Shown here in pieces: positions 29,538-39,969 of a DNA stretch of 64,000 bases; positions within the stretch are counted from its first letter, which is position 1; each line of letters starts with the position of its first letter. The stretch is from Candidatus Latescibacterota bacterium. GTDB taxonomy: Bacteria > Latescibacterota > UBA2968 > SICM01. The position numbers and the translations under genes were made by a program. The stretch is from assembly GCA_965217865.1 (NCBI GenBank), contig CBDCJO010000002.1, positions 1,120,001-1,184,000 of the forward strand. Direction: 5' to 3'. The notes below the pieces were generated by a model, which worked only from the letters and a program-made list of their open reading frames with translations, was not told the DNA's origin and did no database searches.

Positions 29538-30125
29538 GAATATTGAATATCGGAAGTTTCTATCTTTTTATCTCAAGGCTTAATTTCTGCAATGGAGATC
29601 TTCAATGTTCAACCTTCAATTTCCTCAGACCTCTTGACCCCTGACTACCGGTTTTTACTTCCCTTACCTCCGTCCTCCCCCTGCCTTTCCTTCCACTGCC
29701 ACCTGCTATTGCCTTTTCCCGACCTCACCCGTCCTTCGACTCCGTTCCGCAAAAAACGCGGAACTCCGCTCAGGAAGTGTTCATTATGGCGAGGGGAGAT
29801 GTTTGAACTTTGGATAAAATATAAGCGCCATCCCCCTTCCCGTCTCGGGAAGGGGGCGCAGGGAGTTAGGTCTGACACCCGATCGAACTTTATACGTCCG
29901 TCAAAACCATCCTGACTTGATGAGGCCTTGTCTCTCCCCGGTATCTCGCTCTTACTTCCCTGACCTCCCTCCTCCCCATGCCTTTCCTGCCACTGCCTTT
30001 TCCCGTCTCGCGTCTGCCAACTGAGTTGAATTTAAGTCTTCTTCTGACTTCTGTATTCTGTATTCCGGTGAGGATGGGCGGAAGGGCCTTCCTTCAATCG
30101 TCCATCGTCAATGGTCCATCGTCTA
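29538..30125. repeat. Repeat-rich intergenic region (heptamer modules and REP-like elements)
   Basis: GAATATTGAATATCGG at 29538; TCTTCAA and CTGCCTTTCC.TCCACTGCCACCTGCTA blocks; CCTTCGACTCCG...CTCCGCTCAGG at about 29733-29773; insert-free element at 29813-29929; CTGTATT and CCATCGT heptamers. Confidence 0.8.
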
Positions 30126-31286
30126 TCTTCCTTCCCCGACTCCCCACTCCGGAGGCTCACACGCGAGAATCATCTCCTCCGTAAGCTGCCCGTAGCCCAC
30201 CCGGGCGACCGCCGTCTCCCCTTCCAGACCCGTGGTCGTGTCCTCAATCGTGCTTCCCACCCAGGTATACGCAGGTCCGGTCTTCATCGTGTAGACGATA
30301 TGTATGACCCCCTCCGGGTCCTGAATCGCAGAGGGGTAACAGACGAAGCGATCCCGGTCCAGCACCAGTTCGGCGCAGAATGTCCGTCCGTCGTCCTCCG
30401 ACAGAGCGGCCGTGAGGAGGCTCCTCCCCGCGTACTCGTCCGCCGGAGGCCGGTCTTTGTACCCGACCCGCGACGCAAATGTGGCGTTGTTAAGCAGAAG
30501 GATTCGTCCGGAGGCGAGTTTCAAAAGGAAGGGCTTGGTTCCAGGGTTGGGGATCCCCGTTTCGCGAATATCGATCCACGAGTCCCCTTCGTCGTCCGAA
30601 AAACCCTCGAACAACCTCCCTCCGGTTGTCCGATAAAGCGCCCAGAGCCTTCCGTCCTCCCGTTGAATGAAGGTGGCTTCATCTATCCCCCCCGGCACCT
30701 GTTCCGTCGTCGCCTGTTCCCGGTTGACCCAAGTCCTTCCCTGGTCGTCCGACGAGCGGACATATTGGAAAGGTCCGTTCTGCATCGGAACGATCCACCG
30801 CCCGCTGCTCAGGACGATCGGGGGATTGACAGCCCAGTTGCCCGTCTCGTGCCCGATCCATGGCTGAACATCGCTGATCCAGACCGCTTGACCATCAACG
30901 GTGAGGATTCCGGAAAAAGCGCGTCTTTCACGGTCCCCCTTCCGAAAACCGGGGCAATCCCCTTCCCCCCACTGTATCCAGATCTTCCCGTCCGGTCGGG
31001 TCCAAAGCAACGGATCAAACCCCCGCCACCCATCGTCGGGGTCGATCATCCCTTCCAGGGGAGTCCAGGTGGGGCCGTTGTCAAAAGACCTTGCAAAGGC
31101 GATCACGTTGTCCGGCTCGGCCTCCGCCCTCGGTCCACCGATAACCGCGACGACGAGCGTCCCCGAAGGACTCCGGGCGATGGTTGCCACGTGAACGAAA
31201 AGGCCCCATTTCTCCTCCAGGACCAGTCCCTTGGCCTCTCGGAATGGCATATTTCGAAACAACTCCGTGTCGATCACGAAAATCAC
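30123..31286 (-). CDS. BNR/Asp-box sialidase family protein
   Basis: SFDNGPTW, SDDQGRTW, SDDEGDSW, SEDDGRTF, IPNPGTK, YPSAIQ, IHIVYT. Confidence 0.88.
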   Translation of the reverse strand: MIFVIDTELFRNMPFREAKGLVLEEKWGLFVHVATIARSPSGTLVVAVIGGPRAEAEPDNVIAFARSFDNGPTWTPLEGMIDPDDGWRGFDPLLWTRPDGKIWIQWGEGDCPGFRKGDRERRAFSGILTVDGQAVWISDVQPWIGHETGNWAVNPPIVLSSGRWIVPMQNGPFQYVRSSDDQGRTWVNREQATTEQVPGGIDEATFIQREDGRLWALYRTTGGRLFEGFSDDEGDSWIDIRETGIPNPGTKPFLLKLASGRILLLNNATFASRVGYKDRPPADEYAGRSLLTAALSEDDGRTFCAELVLDRDRFVCYPSAIQDPEGVIHIVYTMKTGPAYTWVGSTIEDTTTGLEGETAVARVGYGQLTEEMILACEPPEWGVGEGR

Positions 31287-31297
31287 CTCCCCAATTC

Positions 31298-31470
31298 ATT
31301 GAATATTGAACAACCCATGAATTTCTTGCGGGCTTATGGATCTTTCAATATTCAATCCTCAATCTTCAATGCCCTTTTCGATCTTCAATTTCCCCTGACC
31401 TCTGACCTCTGGCCCTTGACCCCCCACCTCCGACCCCAATCTTCAATATTCAATCTTCATTCTTCAATTT
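31298..31470. repeat. Modular heptamer repeat
   Basis: ATTGAATATTGAA left arm, TTCAATA/TTCAATC right arms and CTGACCT heptamers; overlaps the stop codon of 31464..33182. Confidence 0.8.
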
Positions 31471-33182
31471 CTCTTGTCCCATACCCCCAGTTCTTCCAAA
31501 CGGGACAGGTGACTCTGAAGGCTGTCCTTTTTCTTATCGAACCCGTTGAACAGAGGAGAGGTGTCCATATCATACACCTCCGGACGGTCGAGAAGCGCCT
31601 CCGCCTCATCGCACAGGCTGAAAGCCCGCTCGGCCTTCAGAACCAAGACCCCTTCTGCAGCCTTGCGGCATCGTCCGATCGAATCAAAAATATCCTTTCT
31701 GATCGTCTCTCGTTCCATAATGCTCCAGGCCCGCTCTCGCTTCCGGAGGCTGAAGAAGATGAGAGTCACCTCTCTCAGAATGCGTGCGAAGCCGAGCAGT
31801 TGTGACAGTTGTTCCTTCAGAGCTATATGATCTTCGGGATCGAGGTCTCCGCAAACCTCATCCAGAAACCGGAGCTTTTCCTCACACGCTTCGATCGCCC
31901 GATCCTTCTCCTCAAGCAGCGACGGGATATCATCCGCCATCCGATCCAACCTGGAGACCGCTTCGGGATTGGACCGGCCGCAGTAGTCCACAACGATATA
32001 TTGCAGGCGGCGGAGGCTCTCGGGGAGAAAGGAATGAGAGGTGATCGAAAGCCCTTTGACGAACATGGACCCGTTGATGATCCCGTCACATCCCCTCAAC
32101 ACACCCTCTACCGCGGGCGCCGCACGTTCCGAGAAGCGATCTCTTGTCCACTCCCTGAAGAGTTCCCTGTCGGGACGGTCCGCATCCCGTGCGAGCGCCG
32201 CGAATGCCGCGAAGTTAAAATTTACGAACCGGCCTTCCTTCGGGTGGAAAAACGTCGAATTTACACGCCCGATAAAGTGATCGATTCCGTGTGCTTTCGC
32301 GTGTGTTATCCGATCCCGCATCCATCCTGAGACCGTGCAGGGAAAATTCGTATATCCCCGTTTCTCATTGTAAAGATCTAATACCAGGGCTTTGTGGGGG
32401 TGCTGGAACAGGGAAACAAAAGGATGTCGTGGATTCAGGTAATGGTCGTCTCCGAATTGTGCCCGGAACCCAAAAGTGAGATCTTCCGGGATTCTCCCCT
32501 GAAGAGGCAGCCACCATTCGGGTTGTTTGCCCAGGCGCCAGCCCGACAGATAGGTTCGGATCTCCAGGTTTCTTCCCATCTCCTCAACCACGGCCTGATG
32601 CGCGTTCCGAATGGCGGTGAGGAGTCTTTCGGATGGGGACATTTCCGCGCAACGTGAACATCGGCACGCCCACAGGTCGCAACGCCCTTCTGAAGGCAGG
32701 ATCATCATCCCGTCCAGATCCGGAATGGCCTTGAAGAGATTTCGGTATCGATCCTTGAGCCAATCCCAGTAACCGTCGGACCGCGGGCATATCGGGCGTT
32801 CCCTTCGATCATCGTAGCTGGCATCGAATTCCGATCGGTGTCCGGCTGCCAGTCCATCCCCGAACCATTCCGGTTCCATCTCGATCAAGTCATCCGGATA
32901 CTGGAGGATGCTCGTGGAAAGCCGGGGACGCATTCCCCGGCGGTGGATCTCCTCGACAAGGCGACGCAGCTGTTGGGTAACGGATGCCCCCTGTTCGCCC
33001 ACCTCTGGACCGAAGACCTCAACCGTGTCGATCCCGTAGCTCATCGAACCCTCCCAGCCCACCATGAAAAGCGTCACACCTTGCACTTCAGCTTCGGCAA
33101 ACCCGTCAAGCGCACGTGCGGTCTCTTCTTCAGGTTGATCCGCGTAGACGATAAATTCAATGTCTATTCGGCTTCGATCCAT
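31464..33182 (-). CDS. Hypothetical glycoside-hydrolase-like protein
   Basis: 572 aa ORF; LVEEIHRRGM, ICPRSDGYWDW, LFKAIPDLDGMMI and CRCSRC suggest a TIM barrel followed by a helical domain (inference). Confidence 0.6.
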   Translation of the reverse strand: MDRSRIDIEFIVYADQPEEETARALDGFAEAEVQGVTLFMVGWEGSMSYGIDTVEVFGPEVGEQGASVTQQLRRLVEEIHRRGMRPRLSTSILQYPDDLIEMEPEWFGDGLAAGHRSEFDASYDDRRERPICPRSDGYWDWLKDRYRNLFKAIPDLDGMMILPSEGRCDLWACRCSRCAEMSPSERLLTAIRNAHQAVVEEMGRNLEIRTYLSGWRLGKQPEWWLPLQGRIPEDLTFGFRAQFGDDHYLNPRHPFVSLFQHPHKALVLDLYNEKRGYTNFPCTVSGWMRDRITHAKAHGIDHFIGRVNSTFFHPKEGRFVNFNFAAFAALARDADRPDRELFREWTRDRFSERAAPAVEGVLRGCDGIINGSMFVKGLSITSHSFLPESLRRLQYIVVDYCGRSNPEAVSRLDRMADDIPSLLEEKDRAIEACEEKLRFLDEVCGDLDPEDHIALKEQLSQLLGFARILREVTLIFFSLRKRERAWSIMERETIRKDIFDSIGRCRKAAEGVLVLKAERAFSLCDEAEALLDRPEVYDMDTSPLFNGFDKKKDSLQSHLSRLEELGVWDKRN

Positions 33183-33218
33183 AAGTGATGCGCTTTCTTC
33201 CGGATACCCTCAAGAGAA

Positions 33219-34232
33219 TCAACCCTCGGGATTTTCAATTTTCCACGGCGGGCGTGTCAGATCCACCTCTCGCCCTTCGCGGGAGCTGGCGTAGGCCCCC
33301 TGCGCGATCGCAGTATCCACTGCATACTCCCAGGCCACAGGCTCGTAGGTCTCGCCCTGGATAGCCCGTAAGAGGTTGGCTTGAATCGGTCCGTAGTGCT
33401 TCTCGTGCGCGGGCAGATCCTCCTCGATCTGTCTGCCGCCTCGAGTCATCAAGCGCCACACCTTATCGTTCCAGGTCACGATGCCCTCTTCAAAAATAAA
33501 ATGCGTCCCGGTGTTCAGCCATTCCGGCTTGGGATAATACCCCACCTCCTCGTAGAGCATAGAGCCGCCTTCACGGTATTTAACCAGTGCCGAGGTGCAG
33601 GCTTCCACCTGGTATTCGGGGATGTGTTGGACCGAGGCGCTGACCGATACAGGCGTCAACCCCGGAAGACATGCCCGCGCGATCGCCAACCGGTGGAGCC
33701 CGACGTTGCTGAACATCCCACCACCGCTCATCGCCGGGTCCAGAAACCACGCGGGCCGTCCCTCATGAAAATAGAAGCGCTCATTGATGATACTGCCCGT
33801 GAAAAACCGCCCCAACTCGCCGTCCTTGAACTTCCTTCCCGTGGTCCTGGCCCCGGGGTAGAAACTGGCTCCCTCCGTGACGATCAGATGCTTTCCACAC
33901 TGTTGGGCAGTCGCCAGCATCCGGTTGCACTCCTCCACGCTCACCGCCATCGGTTTCTCGACCAGGACGTGGCATCCGGCTTTGAGGGATTCGACCGTCA
34001 TCCGGCAATGAAGACCGTGAGGAATGGCAATAACCACAACATCCGGACCTTTGGCGAGCAACTCCCGGTAGTCCGTGAACCCCTCGCATTCCAGCTTTTT
34101 TGTCCACGTCTCCACCTTTTCCGGGTCCAGATCGCAGCCCCCCATCACCTCAAACTCCGGATGCGCCTTAAAACCTTCAACGTGGTTGGGGATGATGTTC
34201 CCCAGACCCAGTAAACCCACTTTAACGCTCAT
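33219..34232 (-). CDS. Gfo/Idh/MocA family oxidoreductase
   Basis: VGLLGLG, IPHGLH, HVLVEKPMA, SGGGMFSNVGLH. Confidence 0.92.
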   Translation of the reverse strand: MSVKVGLLGLGNIIPNHVEGFKAHPEFEVMGGCDLDPEKVETWTKKLECEGFTDYRELLAKGPDVVVIAIPHGLHCRMTVESLKAGCHVLVEKPMAVSVEECNRMLATAQQCGKHLIVTEGASFYPGARTTGRKFKDGELGRFFTGSIINERFYFHEGRPAWFLDPAMSGGGMFSNVGLHRLAIARACLPGLTPVSVSASVQHIPEYQVEACTSALVKYREGGSMLYEEVGYYPKPEWLNTGTHFIFEEGIVTWNDKVWRLMTRGGRQIEEDLPAHEKHYGPIQANLLRAIQGETYEPVAWEYAVDTAIAQGAYASSREGREVDLTRPPWKIENPEG

Positions 34233-34261
34233 GTTGGATCCTTCTTAAAAACTCAAAAATC

Positions 34262-34372
34262 CTTTTCCTGCCACTGCCACTGCTTTTCCCGTTTCACGCC
34301 TCACGTTTGACGTTTAACGGCTCTTCCTGACCTCCGATCCCTGGCCCCTTCTTTTTGCATTTTCCATTTCCA
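34262..34372. repeat. Modular heptamer repeat
   Basis: CTTTTCCTGCCACTGCCACTGC, CGTTTCA/CGCCTCA/CGTTTGA, CCTGACCTCCGA and TTTGCATTTTCCATT blocks. Confidence 0.8.
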
Positions 34373-34572
34373 TGGTACTGCATTAAATGCCAAAAGCAAC
34401 AGGAATCCTTAAAACGAACGAACTTTTTTGGATCTTTGGTCCCTGGGAAATTTACTGCTGGAAGGTAAGGGCAAATGGTTCGGGGAATCGGGGTTCGGGG
34501 GAAGTACGGTGGATGGAGGCGAGAGGTTTTGGAGGAGGGAGGAGGACTTCCGGATTGGCGTGAGTCTTCGGG

Positions 34573-35430
34573 TCAACCTCCAGCTGCGAGGTTCATCTGA
34601 GCCGTTTGGTTCAAAAGGCCGTAGCATTCAGGCCGGCGGTCGTGCTGGGGACCTCTGACCCGACGGGCTTCGAGCGTAGCCACCACGACGTCCTCCCATG
34701 CATGGGCGATCCCGAGTACCATATCATTTCGTTCCGGATTATCATACGTGCCGGCCACGATTTGTGAATTCCCGATCACCCCTTCGGCCTGAGCGATGTT
34801 GGCCACGATGACGAAGCATCCGTTCTCGATGGCCCGTGCACGGATCGTGATATTCTTGTCATAGAGCGGATCAATCGTGCCTCCGCAGTTGGTGGGATGG
34901 AGAATAATCTCAGCTCCCTTAAGCGCCGCAATTCGTGGGAGTTCAGGAAACCGGTGATCATAGCAGGTCATGCAACCGAAACGGCCCAACCTGGTGTCCC
35001 ATACATTGGTCTCATCTCCCGGATCTTCAACGCCGTTTGTGTCGTTGCTTCCCATCGAATGCATCTTGCGGAACTCTCCCACGATTTCCCCTTTATCGTC
35101 CACCATGACCGCGGTATTATAGTACTTTTCATCCACGCGCTCCAGAATCCCCCCGCAAATATGCATGCCATGCCTGCGGGCCCGTTCGCCCATCCATTTT
35201 ACGGTGGGGCCTTCCAGAATTTCAGACAGAATGTACTTCCGCTGGTACATCTCTTCACGTCCAAGATGTTCCCGGGGGAAACCTGTGTTGAATTCCTCAG
35301 GAAGCAGAACAAGCTCTGCGCCTTCTTCCGCGGCCCGTTCGATCAACCCTTCCGCGCGGGACAGATTCCCCTCCACGTCCTCGAATACAACGTTCATCTG
35401 AACTGCGGCCGCCACAATGCGGTCTTGCAT
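34573..35430 (-). CDS. Carbon-nitrogen hydrolase (nitrilase superfamily)
   Basis: Glu-Lys-Cys triad in LLPEE, FRKMH and TCYDHRFPE; also RARAIENG. Confidence 0.92.
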   Translation of the reverse strand: MQDRIVAAAVQMNVVFEDVEGNLSRAEGLIERAAEEGAELVLLPEEFNTGFPREHLGREEMYQRKYILSEILEGPTVKWMGERARRHGMHICGGILERVDEKYYNTAVMVDDKGEIVGEFRKMHSMGSNDTNGVEDPGDETNVWDTRLGRFGCMTCYDHRFPELPRIAALKGAEIILHPTNCGGTIDPLYDKNITIRARAIENGCFVIVANIAQAEGVIGNSQIVAGTYDNPERNDMVLGIAHAWEDVVVATLEARRVRGPQHDRRPECYGLLNQTAQMNLAAGG

Positions 35431-35510
35431 CACATTCTCCTGAGCGCCCCGAAGCCCCTCTTGAAGGCTGGCGGATAAGCTCCAAAACCCCATCCACGAG
35501 GACATGCTCG

Positions 35511-37982
35511 TTATCTAACAGAAAAAGTCGTCCGACGGTTCTTGACCACTCCATTGTTCAGGTCGGTAACCGTAACCTTGATGATGTAATCCCCCTTCCC
35601 ACCAAAGCCCTCCAGGGCCGTATGCATGAAATCATCCGGAGAATCACCTCCCTGGTCATATGAGACAGTGACTTCGTTACCCTTGGTGCTCCTTCCGATA
35701 AACCTTCCAAGGCCTGCCAGAACGAAATTTCCAACGCCCCCTTTCAGTTTCTTCACAGAATAGTCAACCCGGAAATGCGATTTCCCCTGTTCGTTCAGGT
35801 TGAGGTTGTAGATTTCAAAATAGACATAGACACTCTGGTTTTGTCGATAAATACGGGAAGGCTTCGGGATCACCCGCAGCCCATTTTTCACGAACTTCCC
35901 CTCCACAGCCGACGATGAGATATCCTGGGCAAGCTCAATCCCGCTCACCTTGAGGCTATCCTCGCCGTAACTCCCCATTTGGAGGGTGTCCCGGAAGACC
36001 TGGGTCCTTTTCGACGTCCGGTCGGTGATCTTAAGGGCCACGTAGAAATTCCCCGGAGGGAGATCGATCGTCATCTTGTCCAGGATCTCATCCTCGTACC
36101 CGATCGGAACAGGAAGGGCCGATCGGTCCACGGATCGGTAGACCGTTCGCCAGGATTTGTCGTATACGGCTACCGTGCGTTTTCCGAGCCAACCCTGTTC
36201 GGTGGGCGCAATTTCACTGACCGGAACGCCGAGGAAAACCTCCACCCTGGAGCTGTCTCCTTGACCCCGAAAGTCCACCGCCGACGCGTGGAAAGTGAGC
36301 AAACCCGATGGCGTGTCCGCCATGTAGCGCGTTGGCGCCGCCGCCTTCACCTCGTAGAAGACCTGCTCGGGAGCGTAGAGTCGCATGTTTTGAAGGGTCC
36401 GCCCGACATTCGCTCCGCCGACCTTTATGCCCTGTGGCACCCAGATACTGGGGATCGGCGCAAATTCGTAGATTCCCCTCGAGTATTCGTCCGTGAACAC
36501 GAATTCGACTCCCCCCTCAATATCCCTGTAGATCCAACTCTCCCAGGGCACGGATGTGGTCCCCCCGGCGGCGACGATTGTGTAACCCGACCCGGCGGCC
36601 TGAAGCGGCCAGGCTGGTCCCTTCACCAGACCGATGTCCATGGGGAGCAATGAACCCGCTTCTAGATTATCGCTATAACCCGCGTCCAAAGAATCCTGCC
36701 CGATATCGGTCACCGGGTTACCCAGGCCGAGACGTATCGAGGGATCAATTTGGTGTGTTTGGCGCCCTGCCAGGGCCATGAGGATGGCGTGCAACCCCTT
36801 CTGATCCCCTGCATGGATCCCCGGCCCATAGATCTTCGTCGCTATCCGGTCCCGGATCTTCCGCACATCCGGGTCCATTGCTTTCTCGTAATCCGGTTCA
36901 CCGTTCCGCTGCCGAAAATTGGGCTCCCCGTAGCGGATATAGATCTCCCCGCGCCGGTCCCACGGCGTGCGACCGACCGAAAACCGTGTCCGGGCAACCC
37001 ACACCCGCCGATAGTGTTCCAGACGCCGGAGGTTGACGTCCCCGGTCAAGTCCACATCCCGCCTTGCCCAGAACTGTTTCAGGAAGGACCCCAACTGTTC
37101 CGGAGTGAGGGTGTTATACACCCGAATCTCTTTCGGCGTCCCCACAATGGAGATGTCCTCGTAGTATGCCCTCTCCTGAGGATCGGTCCGGTTCAGAAAA
37201 GCCCGGAACGTCGCGTCCGCCGCCCCAATCCGTCGCTTCTTAAGGTGGACTTGTGCGATAATCGGAAGGGAGCGGATCTCCTTAGGCCGCTCCTTGAACA
37301 TGGCCATTAAATTTTCGATAACCTCGTCCCCCTCCCCATCCTCCGTCAGCAGCTGAAGTTCAGCGAACCGGATCTGAAGGCCCGGATCGTCCGGTAACAA
37401 TTTCAGACCCTTTTCACACCACTCGGCGGCCTCCTCCAGTCCGTAGGGTTCGTGCTCGGTCCATCGGGAGAGGGCCACGTAGGCCGCTGCATGGTTCCGG
37501 TCGATCCGCAGCACCTCTTCCATATGCAGTTTTGCGCTCGCCTTTCCGAGCGTCCGCTCGACGATGGCGAGTTGATATTTTGCATCGACAAACTTTCGAT
37601 CCCTTTCCAGGGCTTTTTTGAACCGCTTTATAGCCTTCTTTTTTTGATCCTCCCCCCCCCCGGCCGCGGCCATGCCGTACCCATACCAGGAATCGGCGGA
37701 ATCGTCGATGCGCCGAGCCCGGTCGAACATCGCTTCCGCCTTATCCAGCCTTAGCTGGCCAAGAAAGATCGTACCCAGGATCTTGTGAATATTCGCGTTG
37801 TCCGGGTATCGATTGGCCATCTTATCGTAGAGGAAATCTGCCCCTTCGACATCTCCGGCGCGATACAGTTCCGTTGCCTCCTGGAGCCATTTTTTTAGGT
37901 CCCCGGAGTCTTCCCCACTCGCCTTCAAAGGGAGAAACGTCATCAGGACAAAAACCACCATTGAAGTCAGATATTTGAACAT
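35511..37982 (-). CDS. Secreted TPR + GWxTD-domain protein
   Basis: Signal peptide, N-terminal TPRs, FWARRD, EHYRRVWVA, PWDRRGEIYIRYGEP, WESWIY, YVYFEIYNL. Confidence 0.85.
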   Translation of the reverse strand: MFKYLTSMVVFVLMTFLPLKASGEDSGDLKKWLQEATELYRAGDVEGADFLYDKMANRYPDNANIHKILGTIFLGQLRLDKAEAMFDRARRIDDSADSWYGYGMAAAGGGEDQKKKAIKRFKKALERDRKFVDAKYQLAIVERTLGKASAKLHMEEVLRIDRNHAAAYVALSRWTEHEPYGLEEAAEWCEKGLKLLPDDPGLQIRFAELQLLTEDGEGDEVIENLMAMFKERPKEIRSLPIIAQVHLKKRRIGAADATFRAFLNRTDPQERAYYEDISIVGTPKEIRVYNTLTPEQLGSFLKQFWARRDVDLTGDVNLRRLEHYRRVWVARTRFSVGRTPWDRRGEIYIRYGEPNFRQRNGEPDYEKAMDPDVRKIRDRIATKIYGPGIHAGDQKGLHAILMALAGRQTHQIDPSIRLGLGNPVTDIGQDSLDAGYSDNLEAGSLLPMDIGLVKGPAWPLQAAGSGYTIVAAGGTTSVPWESWIYRDIEGGVEFVFTDEYSRGIYEFAPIPSIWVPQGIKVGGANVGRTLQNMRLYAPEQVFYEVKAAAPTRYMADTPSGLLTFHASAVDFRGQGDSSRVEVFLGVPVSEIAPTEQGWLGKRTVAVYDKSWRTVYRSVDRSALPVPIGYEDEILDKMTIDLPPGNFYVALKITDRTSKRTQVFRDTLQMGSYGEDSLKVSGIELAQDISSSAVEGKFVKNGLRVIPKPSRIYRQNQSVYVYFEIYNLNLNEQGKSHFRVDYSVKKLKGGVGNFVLAGLGRFIGRSTKGNEVTVSYDQGGDSPDDFMHTALEGFGGKGDYIIKVTVTDLNNGVVKNRRTTFSVR

Positions 37983-38071
37983 GTTAAGACCTCATTGCTT
38001 AAGATGTGACGTGGAACATGACCGGCTTTTATCTTGGAACCTAAAATGAATCTTGTTTCACATTTCCCGTC

Positions 38072-38794
38072 TCACGTTTCCCTTTTTTCAATGACCAGCG
38101 TCATGAACATCGCCAGATATTCCGCAGCAGGAGACAACAGTCGTTCTACCGCCCGCAGGGGAGGAAAAAGGGCTTTCGGTAAAAAACTCCTGTAGTTGGT
38201 CCCTCCCGCCAGGAGATAGAGAAAAATATCGTGATACTGCACGACGAGAACCCGAAAGTCCGGGAACCGACGTTCGAATTCTCCCCGCCGTTCCCTGAAC
38301 AGGACGGTTGGAAAAATCAGGTCGGCGCTTCCCAGCGGCCGGTTCTCCCCTTTCGATTTTCTGATCGAACCGGAACACGAAAAAGATTCGTGATGAAGAT
38401 ATTTGTAGATAGGATACGAGAGATAGCTGACATAGGGTTCGGTGAACACCATCCGCCCGCCCGGGGCCAAGGTTCTCCGAGCCTCCTCGAACAGCCGGTA
38501 CGGTGCCTCAAGGTGATGAAGAACCCCGATAAACGCGATGTTGGCAAGGGACCCGTTCGAAAAGGGGAGGCGTTCTCCGTCCAGAATGAGCCCAACCTCC
38601 CCTATATTGAGCACGTCCGATGTGATGGCCTCCGGACAGAACTTCTTGAAGAACCCCCCTCCGGACCCGATCTCAAGCGTGGCCCCAGGGACTTTCGATA
38701 AATGGCCAACAAGACGATCGTAATACCCGGTATAGAGCTTCCGGAGGATCCCCTTATGGTTCAGGGCCCATCGATTCTGCACCGTCCAGGCCAC
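38072..38794 (-). CDS. Class I SAM-dependent methyltransferase
   Basis: LEIGSGGG, LPFSNGS, VLHHL, LAPGGRMVFTEP; start codon uncertain. Confidence 0.88.
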   Translation of the reverse strand: MAWTVQNRWALNHKGILRKLYTGYYDRLVGHLSKVPGATLEIGSGGGFFKKFCPEAITSDVLNIGEVGLILDGERLPFSNGSLANIAFIGVLHHLEAPYRLFEEARRTLAPGGRMVFTEPYVSYLSYPIYKYLHHESFSCSGSIRKSKGENRPLGSADLIFPTVLFRERRGEFERRFPDFRVLVVQYHDIFLYLLAGGTNYRSFLPKALFPPLRAVERLLSPAAEYLAMFMTLVIEKRET

Positions 38795-38868
38795 TTCATC
38801 GTTCGACTGGAACGATCCCAGGACTTCGGGCAGCAGAAAAAAACGGCGCCAGCCCCCACGAGGGCGAT

Positions 38869-39632
38869 CTATAAAAGCCTCCTTCCAACCGGGTCGAATT
38901 TCCTGAATTTCGCCAACCCGATTCGTTCCAACCGGTATTCAAGGGTCGTCCCGACGACTTCGAAGGCGTACTTAACGCCGCGCCAGAACCCGATGGATGA
39001 AGACTCTGAAAAATAACGGGCTGGGCAGGAGATCTCTCCCACACGATTGCCAAAATAGAACGCCTGCGCAAGTATCTGGTTGTCGAACACGAAATCGTCT
39101 GAGTTTTCTCCGATCGGAAGCGACTCGAGTATCCCCCGCGAAAAAGCCCGATAGCCCGTATGGTATTCCGAAAGCCGCTGATTGATCACCATGTTCTGGA
39201 AAAAGGTCAGCAGACGGTTGATCACGAACTTGAACACCGGCATTCCTTGCTTGACCGCCCCCTTTACGATTCGGGACCCCAGGACCACATCGAACATCCC
39301 AATTTCGATTAGGTAAGCCATCGCCGGGATAAGCTGGGGGGGGGGTACTGGTAGTCGGGGTGCACCATCACCACGATGTCCGCCCCCATACGGAGCGCTT
39401 CCCGGTAACAAGTCTTCTGGTTTCCCCCGTATCCTCGATTTTCGGGATGGACCACCGTGGGAATCCCCAGCCTCCGTGCAACCTCGACCGTGTTGTCTCG
39501 GCTGGCGTCATCCACAAGAATCACCCCGTCCACCACATCGAACGGGATATCTCGGTAGGTCCGCTCCAGCGTCCGTTCCGCATTATAGGCCGGGAATACC
39601 ACCACGACTTTCTTGCCCCGGATCAACGCCAC
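38869..39632 (-). pseudogene. GT2 glycosyltransferase (DPM1-like), frameshifted in a 10-nt homopolymer
   Basis: PAYNAE, LVDDAS and [16 protein letters not shown] are in one frame; QLIPAMA..VLGSR..EYHTGYRAF..SDDFVFD is in another. The junction is G10 at 39336-39345. Confidence 0.88.
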
Positions 39633-39969
39633 CTCCTGATATCGCCACGACGGCGGTGTGGGTTATACGCGGAAGGAAAGGGACGCGACCGGAAGACGAG
39701 CCGCTGAAAAAATGCAACACGAAATCGTAGCGGGCCCGGAGCTTCGGCCTATCTATGTTGAATTCTGACGGACCTCTAAGTTCCATTTTTTTTGGCTTAA
39801 AATCAAACAAACCGGGCTCCTCCCATCACGAAAGATGGGAATTTCTCTGGGAACCCCTCTCCCGGGATGTTTTAACACCCCCTTACCTCCGTTCGTACTG
39901 CCCCCCCCTTGATCCATCTGAAATCTCACATGGGACGAAATGAGCCCCGGCCAACCCCCTCTCATCGAC

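Noticed and set aside
30111-31805. 564-aa plus-strand ORF and other long shadow ORFs (27079..28113, 40312..41442, 46221..47108, 22992..24065)
   Set aside because: They overlap well-supported genes antisense or out of frame, lack recognisable motifs, and are expected in GC-rich DNA.
34400-34570. G-rich intergenic stretch as a riboswitch or ncRNA
   Set aside because: No recognisable aptamer motif or convincing pairing.
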